From Octopus sinensis (taxonomy: Eukaryota): a DNA stretch of 17,949 nucleotides. The notes beneath the pieces are model-generated. The model was given only the letters and a program-made list of their open reading frames with translations. It was not told where the DNA came from and did not search any database. Location of the stretch: NCBI RefSeq assembly GCF_006345805.1, contig NW_021824633.1, forward strand, positions 1-17,949, given 5' to 3'. Positions 9,558 through 17,949 of this stretch are shown here, in pieces. The translations under genes were made by a program, and so were the position numbers. The first letter of the stretch is position 1; every line of letters starts with the position of its first letter.

Positions 9558-9760
9558 CTCTTTTGATACCAAGCTGCCCAAGATTGTCCCTTGTTCTATG
9601 ATAAAAACTTCCTGTTTTAAAGTAGCTCTAAATGAAAATCACCTCTCACAATTTATGTTCTAAATATCAGTTTGTTAATTACAAAGTTATTTTATTATAT
9701 TCTTCATTATTTACAAGAAAAAGGACAGTGCATGTCAACAGAAATATCATAATGAAAGGG
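9558..9760. mobile_element. piggyBac-type MITE (second family)
   Basis: ttga (9554-9557) + ctcttttgatacc...aatgaaaggg + TTAA (9761-9764). Confidence 0.6.
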
Positions 9761-9764
9761 TTAA

Positions 9765-9916
9765 AGTTATCTAAGAACCTTTAAAAATTGCATGTTAATT
9801 TTTGTTCCAAACACCAACTAAATAGTGACAAAGTTATTTTATGAAATTCTTTGTTATTTCCAAAATTAGCTGAAACAAGGGTAATGTACTTTAACAAAAA
9901 TATGGAAGTGAAAGAG
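9765..9916. mobile_element. right arm of a second copy of the same MITE
   Basis: Aligns to 9621-9760 (shared acaaagttatttta) and ends gaaagag + TTAA (9917-9920). Confidence 0.6.
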
Positions 9917-10221
9917 TTAAACTTTATATATTTTGTCTAACACCTGATGAGTAAAGAGAAGAATTATACACAAATTCAAACTATTTTCTAATAAATAAAG
10001 GATGAGGAGGAAAAAAATCCCCTTATATTTTGGTGGTGGTTGTGATGGAAATTGGTATTTGTTACTTTGAGAGGCACTGGACCAAGATATAAATTAACCA
10101 TGAGCAAATTACGGCCTGTGAGACTTCCTGAGTGGCAAACCTAATTACAAAATCACCTTGAGTTCAATGCATGTATGTATGTGTGTGCATGTATACACAT
10201 ACACACATATATATATATATA

Positions 10222-10372
10222 GTTCAAATTTACAGAAAACAAAGGACGAAGATAGGTGAAGGAACAACAAGCAGGTGTATTAGTTTAACACTAGGGAAAG
10301 AAGGAAAAGACTGACGTTTTGAGCCTACACTCTTCGACAGAATGGATTGAGAAGAACAAAAATGTATAGGGA
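10222..10372 (-). mobile_element. Penelope-like element pLTR fragment
   Basis: Minus strand 10340-10311 reads ctgtcgaagagtgtaggctcaaaacgtcag, which fits the ctgacgaagNNN...NNNcgaaacgt pattern of PLE-associated minimal hammerheads. Confidence 0.5.
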
Positions 10373-10432
10373 TTAACAGTTCAACACTGAAAAAAAGATA
10401 TATATATATATACATACATACATACATGCATA

Positions 10433-10798
10433 GGCGTAGGATTCAGTCCCACTGCGTTGCACCTTGGGCAAGTGTCTTCTACTATAGCCTTGGGCCGACC
10501 AAAGCCTTGTGAGTGGATTTGGTAGACAGAAACTGAAAAGAAGCCCGTCATATATATGTATATTTATATATATGTATGTGTGTGTATATGTTTGTGTGTC
10601 TTTGTTTGTCCCCCACCAACATCGCTTGACATGCAATGCTGGTGTGTTTACGTCCCCGTAACTTAGCAGTTCGGCAAAAGGAACCAATAGAATAAGTACT
10701 AGGCTTACAATGAATAAGTCCTGGGGTCGATTTGCTAGACTAAAGGCAGTGCTCCAGCATGACCACAGTCAAATGACTGAAACAAGTAAAAGAGTAAA
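10433..10798 (+). mobile_element. tRNA-derived SINE (H2, tail A) with an internal 5' deletion
   Basis: ggcgtagga is joined directly to ttcagtccc, so the A-box segment seen at 7531-7575 is missing; the remainder aligns to 7576-7970. Confidence 0.9.
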
Positions 10799-11682
10799 TA
10801 TATATATATATATAATATGGTATTACTGAAAGGAAGTTTGGCTGCTATATTTTGACAGGTAAATGTATAGTAATTGTAAGACCGTAATAGGTAATTATGT
10901 CAAGGTAACATCATGAAATACAAATTGTTGATTCATTTTAACTCAAAATGATAAAAATAATATTCGTTAAGCTGATGATGTCCTTTCCTCGTAATCATTT
11001 CCATTATATTTAATGCAGTGAGCACAAAGAGAAAGAAAAAAGCTAACTTAACTATTGTTTTCCATGTGAATGGCATCTCTGAGTAAATTTTCTGATTCAT
11101 CTTGTTGAATGTGTGAAATTGTCATGGTTACTCGTGTAGAATATTGTATATTTTACTCAGAGATTCTCTCATCACTACTTCAGCACATATGATGAAATCT
11201 ACACTCTGTTAAGGAGGTATAATAAGACCAAAACAAGTTTGGAGTTATCTCATATTTATCCAGAATAATTGTAACAATTATAGTCATTGAACTAAATCTT
11301 GCCTTTCTACTCATTGCACAATGAGTTTTCTTAATTTTTTGATTTGATGTTCATTAATTTAAGCGATGAAACCAGATATGAGAGTGTTGGCTCTCACAAA
11401 CAACAAGAGAAAGGATGGAGAGAGAGAGAGAAAGATATGAATTTTATAATCATAAATAATATACCTCATGAAATACATCCATTTTTTTTTAATAAAAAAA
11501 AAAACAAACCTTTTAATATATTGTAACCGTAACATCTATTTCCAGTTTTAGAAGAAATCAGTAATTTACTACACACATATTCACAGACATATATACCCAC
11601 ATGCATACACACATTTACATGCACACAAATACACATACATGCACACACTTCCATACATATATTGTAAAAAGTTACTACTTTA

Positions 11683-11686
<4 letters not shown>

Positions 11687-11738
<52 letters not shown>

Positions 11739-11745
11739 TATATAT
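11687..11745. repeat. (TA)n microsatellite
   Basis: Read directly. Confidence 0.97.
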
Positions 11746-12406
11746 CTCAGGTGCTGACACAGTCAGAAGACCAGGAAGAAACCACTACCTACATACATAC
11801 ACACACATGTATATCATGATATCATGTACAGTTGAGGCTAAGGCCAAGTTGGTTAGCTGGCTAGCTAAGAGAGTGGTGACCAACAGGAAGAAATGGAAAA
11901 CAAGAGGCTAGCAATAAACCACCAACCCACAGTTTACTACTGCAAAAGTAGCCATTCACGTGATTGGTCAGTTGGATGTAAAGTAATAACAACTAGAAGC
12001 TGGTGCTTGATGATGGTGATGACCACAATAGCCAGGCCAGTAGTAGTAGTAGTGGTAATATTAGCAGCTATGGTAGAAGCGATTAGCAGCAGTGGTAGTA
12101 GTAACATTTGTGGTTGTCATGTTAGTATTGCAAACAGGTTAACAGCTGTCATTAAGTACTTTGACAAGGCAGCCTTTCCCACGTCACCATAGCCATCGTT
12201 GTCTCACTCAATCAAATCTATTTTACCATTGAAATTATAAAATAGACAGCCTAATAAAAATAATTAGAAATAAAATATTGAATTTTCATTTCTGTACCAT
12301 CATGTGCTGACTGGTGTTGTTCACTGGCCAGTGGCCATGCTAGGGCAGTGACCTCCAAGGGATAAAGTCAAGTCTAGTACCTATGAATGAACACCAATGA
12401 AAGGGT

Positions 12407-12790
12407 CATTTAATCGTTCCCTTTTCTATGTTTGCATGGGTTGGTTGGAGTTTATTGAAGCGGGTTTCCTGTGGCTGGATAGATGCCCTTTCTGTCACCA
12501 ATCCTCACTGGTTTTCTATTAAGGTAATAATTACCCCAGGGCCAAACATGGCTCCACAGAATATTGGAAACTGCTTGTATGACAGTGACACTCATTTACA
12601 ACTACCATCACACATCAAGAGAATACAGACACACACAAGTGATGGGCTTTTTTCAGTTTCTGTCTACCAAATTCCCTCACAAGGCTTTAGTCAGCCTGGG
12701 GCTATATTAGAAGACACTTACCCAAGGTGCCATTGAGAGGGACTGAACTTGAAGCCATGTGATTGGGAAACAAACTTCTTAGCCACAGTC
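12407..12790 (-). mobile_element. full-length H2/tail-B SINE
   Basis: Tail tttgcatgggttggttgg...gatgcccttt; the head is the reverse complement of 7531-7680. Confidence 0.85.
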
Positions 12791-12912
12791 AATATATATA
12801 CACACATGCATGTTTGTATATATGTGTGTATATCACATCTCATTAAGCAATACAGGAAATTTCATTCATAAAGACAGCTGGAGTTTGCAGATGAGGTAAT
12901 GTAAGTCAGTTG

Positions 12913-12913
<1 letters not shown>

Positions 12914-12964
<51 letters not shown>
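12914..12964. repeat. (GT)n microsatellite
   Basis: Read directly. Confidence 0.97.
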
Positions 12965-12968
<4 letters not shown>

Positions 12969-13276
12969 ATACTTCACCAGGAAGGTCAGATGACTAATGG
13001 GGAGTCAATACTGGCTGGTCAGTTTTACTCTCTCTCCCCCCTCCCGTTCTATAGCAAGAGGTACAGCAGAAACATGACTTCAACAAGCATTTGTTCCTGT
13101 GGAACACAATCTCTCTGGCACTGAATTGGTCTCTACTTTCAACGAAGGAAGCAACTTTCAGAGACTGCCTTCTTGGAGAGGCCTTTCTTCAGGTGCTTTG
13201 ATCTACTGATTATACATAAATCATCCCCACCTGGGTCAATGAGAGAGGGGGGAAGGGTGAGGGAGAGAGAGAAAGC

Positions 13277-13400
13277 CACTATGTCTTACTATACTCAACA
13301 TGCTAGAAATAGCAGCTTGATCTCCTTCATATCATACACTGGTATCTTAAAAAAAGAAAAGGAAGGAAACACTGGACAATGTAGTCCTATAATTCTAGAT
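13277..13400 (+). repeat. family F repeat fragment
   Basis: catgctagaaatagcagc...acactggacaatgtagtcct; homologous to 15987-16110. Confidence 0.65.
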
Positions 13401-13619
13401 ATTACAAAAAGACGGAATAACTAAAGTCTACTCAACGAAGACTGCATTACAGATGACGATATACAAATCCCTGCCACACACACACACACACACACGTATG
13501 TGTACTCACATGTGCCTCAATGCATACATATTCCAGGCTCTTTAATCACATGAGCAATCATAATGTCAATATTCCTTGTTGACATTATGACTGGTTGCTA
13601 TGCACTTTCAAGGACAGGG

Positions 13620-13750
13620 AAATAAACCCATTCCTTATTTGGAAAGCAGATAAGGGTTAGAGATAGGAAGAGCCTCTGGCTATAGAATCCTGCCTCAGAT
13701 AAACTTGTCTGAACCCTTGTCAAGATGTGGGAAAATGAATGTTAAACACG
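13620..13750 (+). mobile_element. tail-B (RTE-type) SINE 3' fragment
   Basis: ccttatttggaaagcagataagggttag...ggctatagaatcctgcctcag...gttaaac is the reverse complement of the tail-B copies. Confidence 0.65.
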
Positions 13751-13973
13751 AAAATATATATATATATTGGGAGAAGGTTACATATTTGGTAGAATGTGTA
13801 TCATCATCATCATTATTATTTAACATATGTTTTCCATATTGGAATACCTTGTGGTATTTGGTTAGGTTCCTTTATGTCCAGACTTCATATCCCTCCCAGA
13901 TTGAGTTTTACCCAGAGGTCTGCCTGATCCAGGTTGATTTGGAGCTGAACATCACATACTTCTGTAATATCAT

Positions 13974-14191
13974 TGGCAGTGGGCTGGCAGAATCATTGGC
14001 ACAAACAAAATCCAAGTCTCTACATTCACATTTCAAATCCCACTGAAGTCAAGCATGCCTTTCATTCTTTCAGAGATAGAAAAAAGGGAGAGAGAGAGAG
14101 AGAAAGTACCAGTCATATACTAGGGTCACTGTAATCAACTGACACCCTCCCCTCAAAATCGTTAGCCTTGCGCCTAAATTAGAAATCATCA
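13974..14191 (+). mobile_element. old H1 SINE with internal (GA)n
   Basis: ggcagtgggctggcagaatc (A-box-like)...gcctttcattctttc...aaagtaccagt...tagccttgcgcctaaattagaaatc. Confidence 0.7.
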
Positions 14192-14348
14192 TCTGCTAGC
14201 AGAATTGTTAGCCAATCCTTATGATCTGAGTCCAAATTCTGCCTAAGTTGACTTTGCCTTTTATCTTTTTTGGGGAGGAGGGGGCGATGTAATTAACTAG
14301 CCCCCTCCTCAAAAATGTCAGGCCTTCAGCTAAGAGTAGAAAAGATAA
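14192..14348 (+). mobile_element. old H1 SINE (tail T2) in tandem with the previous copy
   Basis: gctagcagaattgttagc...ctgagtccaaattc...gttgactttgcctttt...tcaggcctt...gtagaaaagataat. Confidence 0.7.
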
Positions 14349-14847
14349 TTTTTTTACAATAAGTATATTTCAACACTGAATCAATTGAGTGTTAGTGATA
14401 AAGATTTAAATATAGAACATACAGTTTTGGGTACATTTTGGTTATCTCACACACCCATTAAATGCCATTAAAAAATGGATTATCTCCCCACTAAAAAATA
14501 GAGTTAACATGGCAACAAGAGATTGGATTAAAAGGGTTAGATCCTTTTGATTCAATACTTCAACACGTGGATGCTTGGCCTCCTCAATAGGAATGGTAGG
14601 GTTTGTTATAAAAATGTTATCAGATTCAGTAAGATTTTTAATTTTTTCAGTTTTGTATGATTGTTTTAAAGATATTATGAGATTCAATATGATGTTTCAT
14701 CTTTTCACTTTCCATGTTTATTAATTTTTTCATTTCATTTTTTTTATTGATGGTTAAAAACTTTTTCTAGTTGAGGAAGATAACTAAAAGTTATATTACT
14801 CATAAAATGGGGGGGGGGTAACCAAAAAGTACCCAGTTTTGATATAT

Positions 14848-15105
14848 CATCATCTTTACGTTCACTTTTCCTTGCTTATATGGGCTAGACGGAATTTATT
14901 AAGGCAGACTTTCTATAGCCAGATACCTCTCTTGTAACCAACCCTCTCATGTTTCCAAATGAGGTAACATTTCCCTATAGCTGGACATGTTTACACAGAA
15001 GATTGGAAACAAAAGAAACCACTTGAATGACAGTGAAACTCACAACTATTGAGGAATGTCAGGACAAGGTGACACAAATAAATATACACACCCACGCATA
15101 CACAC
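14848..15105 (-). mobile_element. tail-B SINE lacking its head
   Basis: Homologous to 12407-12635. Confidence 0.75.
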
Positions 15106-15114
15106 TGTTGTCTT

Positions 15115-15765
15115 TATTATCTTAATGTCCTCCACTTTTCCGTGCTTGCTTGGGTTGGGCAGAGTTTACTGAAGCAGATTTTCTACAGTTGGATACCCTC
15201 CCTCTTGCCAAACTGTTTCCAAGCAAAGTAATATTTCCCCACGAACTGGCAGAAATGTTAACACTCCAGTCGAAATGCTTAATGGTATTTCATCTACCGT
15301 TACGTTCTGAGTTCAAATTCTACCGAGGTCGACTTTGCTTTTCATCCTTTCGGGGTCGATAAATCAAGTACCAGTTACGCACTGGGGTCGATATAATCGA
15401 CTTGATCCGTTTGTCTGTCCTCTCTGTGTTTAGCCCCTTGTGGGTAGTAAAGAAATAAGAAATAAGAACAGACAAGTTTTCATTGAATATCGAAAATGAA
15501 GGACATTCATAAACAACAATCAAGTGATGTCAAGACAAAGAGACACAAGCATACACACACCTCTCTCTGTCTCTCTATATGTCTGTCTCTTTCTCTAAAC
15601 ACACACACACTCATACTTCTTTCAGTTTCCATCTTCCAAATCCACTCACAAGGTTTTATAGTCAGCCTGAGTCTATAGAAAACACTTGCTCAAGATGCCA
15701 CGTAGTGGAACTGAACTGGAAGCCATGTGATTGGGAAATAAACTTCTTAACCGCACAACCATGCC
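15115..15765 (-). mobile_element. H2/tail-B SINE interrupted at 15242-15468
   Basis: gtaatatttcccca (to 15241) resumes cagacaagttttc (from 15469); compare the contiguous atattaccccatggccagac at 8892-8911. The head lies at ~15615-15765. Confidence 0.85.
15242..15468 (+). mobile_element. young H1 SINE (tail T3) nested in an older SINE
   Basis: A-box-like ctggcagaaatg, B-box gagttcaaattc, about 12 retained CpGs, tail (aaataag)2. Confidence 0.9.
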
Positions 15766-15986
15766 AGCATGCACGCACACACACAATAGCAGAAAATAAC
15801 TAAATTCAAAGTGTTTGTTTTAAATTACAGTGTAGCTGATTTAGTTTTAACACATGGTTCCACATCCAATCATTTGCACAACAAATGCAATGAAAAATGA
15901 CTGAATCCATACAACATGTAAACCAAAAAGAGGCAAATCCCTTCTCCAGGAACAACACAAAAGGGGCGTCCATGCGAATGAAAGAT

Positions 15987-16235
15987 CCTCTATGTGGACA
16001 CTTGATCTGCTAGAGATAGAAACCAAATCCCCCCTCTCAAAGCACACCCTATTGTTGTAAACAAAAAGGGGAGGGAAAAAAATGGACACAGACTGGATTA
16101 TGTAGTTCAAGGTACACTATGCCACAGAGGTGGGGTTGGTGGAAGAAGGAAGGGGGGGTAAGAAAATGCATAATCATTGATGGAATGCCTTTGATCATAC
16201 TTGGTGAATCGCAGCTGACCTGGGGCTCAACAACA
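15987..16235 (+). repeat. longest family F copy, ending ctgacctggggctcaacaac
   Basis: Homologous to 3012, 9358 and 13277. Confidence 0.7.
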
Positions 16236-16872
16236 CAGTAGGGCCACAGAGTGGGTCAAAAATGGTATGACCCTCCCTTCTTGACTCTCCCACCGCACAC
16301 ACACACAATCTGCTGGACCGTAGTGCAACTTCCTCCCGCTCACAGTAAACCAATACTATGTGGCTTAATGCAATCAATGTTAGCAGGGGTGTTTGTAATG
16401 GCATCTTGAATGTGAACACTGAACAAACAACCCCAAGTGCAGCAAGCAAGGTAGAAAAAGCTGATAGAATGTGTTGGATCAGGTTTTTGTTTATAGGTTT
16501 TACAATAACAACAACAAGTTCACCTGGGGGTCAGGAACAAAGTTATAAGTTACAGTGTTTTATTGACAGAAGAGACTGATAGAGGCTGAGAAGGGACAGT
16601 CTGTGATGTCTCTTAATGAGGCCAGGAAGAAGAAAAAAAAAGGAGGGGAACCCATTTTGTGCAAATATGAATAAAACTAATATAAAATGGAAGTATATGA
16701 GTGAGATGTAAAGGCATTCATTGTACATCAGATTGGGAGGAGGGGACGACAAAGGAAAAGGAAGGCATAAATGAGAGAGGGAGGAGAGGAAGACAGAGAG
16801 AGAAAGGCATGTAAAGATAAAAGAGAAAGAGAGAGATGGGTAGGCAGAGGGGATGAGAGGCAAAAAGGGAAA

Positions 16873-17290
16873 ATAGAGAGGGAGAGGCAGAGAGGGGTGA
16901 TAGAGAGAGAGGCAGAGAGGGGAATGATAGAGAGAGGCAGAGAGGGGAATGATAGAGAGAGGCAGAGAGGGGAATGATAGAGAGAGGCAGAGAAGGGAAT
17001 GATAGAGAGAGAGGCAGAAAGGGGATGATAGAGAGAGAGGCAGAGAGGGGATGATAGAGAGAGGCAAAGAGGGGATGATAGAGAGGCAAAGAGGGGATGA
17101 TAGAGAGAGAGGCAAAGAGGGGATGATAGAGAGAGAGGCAAAGAGGGGATGATAGAGAGGCAGAGAAGGGATGATAGAGAGAGAGAAGCAGAAAGAGGAT
17201 GATAGAGAGAGAGGCAGAGAAGGGATGATAGAAAGGTAGAGAGGGGAAGATAGAGAGAGGCAGACAAGGGCAGATAGAAAGGGGCATATG
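16873..17290. repeat. purine-rich minisatellite, 22-28 bp unit ata(ga)n-ggcagagaggggatg, about 16 copies
   Basis: Units read directly; embedded in a wider AG-rich tract at ~16770-17345. Confidence 0.95.
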
Positions 17291-17740
17291 GAAAGGCAGA
17301 GAGAGAGAGAAAGCAAAAAAGAGAGATAAAAAGGAACAAAGACAAATGAGGCAGGGAGTGGGGGGGATACATGTTAGGGATGACTGAACTATTGAATGTT
17401 ATAGATTGGTCATCTTGATTAGGGAATTGTAGCAAACTCAATCATAAAACATAAATCACAGGAACATGGTGGTGCTTTTTTTTTATCCCCCCTTTTTCTT
17501 TTGTTTTGTATTCCACCCAACACCTACCATGCCAGCCACCATGTTCCCCAGCTGTAAATTCTTGCCAACACAAAAACCACTTAACCATGAAGTGCAAATG
17601 GTGTAGCTAATTTTTAACTAGATAGACTAAAGCTCTGCCTGTGTGCGCATAAATAATGCAATGACTGTGACATCGAGTCAAACATCCAACTCGCAGAATG
17701 CCTTCACGAGGAAGAGCAGAAAAGATACATACACACACAT

Positions 17741-17815
17741 TATATATAATATATATATAACTATATAATATTATATATATATAGTATGTATGTATATTAT
17801 ATATATATCTTATTA
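17741..17815. repeat. TA-rich low-complexity tract
   Basis: Read directly. Confidence 0.9.
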
Positions 17816-17949
17816 TAAAAGGCAGATTTTATCTGCCTCCCTTTGTCAGTTATAGAAATCTACAATATAGGATTTCTTCAATTACAATTTACCTAGCATT
17901 TTTAAGAGTAGAATGCATCGGGTTTTGCCAGGTCCAGTTTTAAAATTTC

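Noticed and set aside
11893-12192. 99 aa ORF with Val/Ser runs
   Set aside because: The runs come from (GTA)/(GAT)/(GCA) trinucleotide repeats; no domain is recognisable.
12323-12334. 12 bp palindrome cactggccagtg
   Set aside because: Isolated short palindrome with no supporting context.
13140-13200. Second hammerhead-like string on the minus strand (ctgaaga...gaaa)
   Set aside because: Stem II, stem III and stem I cannot be paired convincingly and there is no valid NUH site.
14503-14516. RFX X-box-like gttaacatggcaac (and attgtcatggttac at 11118-11131)
   Set aside because: Each has a mismatch to consensus and no promoter context; expected by chance at this degeneracy.
14442-14687. 81 aa minus-strand ORF with a protein-like middle (NLTESDNIFITNPTIPIEEAKHPRVEV)
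   Set aside because: No recognisable domain, no pyrimidine-rich acceptor upstream, and AT-rich flanks; consistent with chance.
3167-17290. CRISPR-like arrays in the repeated regions
   Set aside because: There are no unique spacers between the repeats, no cas genes, and the context is eukaryotic.
16543-17441. Three overlapping 189-257 aa Leu/Ser/Pro ORFs
   Set aside because: They are artefacts of the pyrimidine-rich strand of the minisatellite, open in all three frames.

Overview
AT-rich, non-coding eukaryotic DNA. The repeat repertoire (tRNA-head SINEs with (TTA)n/(GAT)n/(CAA)n tails, abundant GT/TA/AAT microsatellites) looks like octopus or another coleoid cephalopod; this is my recognition, not a database result. 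There is no intact protein-coding gene, rRNA, tRNA or CRISPR array. The only convincing protein homology is a decayed R4/Dong-type non-LTR retrotransposon (RLE endonuclease) at about 574-2090, apparently missing its RT core. The rest is about 20 SINE copies or fragments built from shared modules, two hAT-type MITEs, piggyBac-type TTAA MITEs, a Penelope-like fragment with a degenerate minimal hammerhead ribozyme motif, a Helentron/HINE-like end, several nested insertions, and long simple repeats. The long ORFs in the track are microsatellite artefacts. I found no evidence for a new gene system; the interesting signals concern transposon biology.
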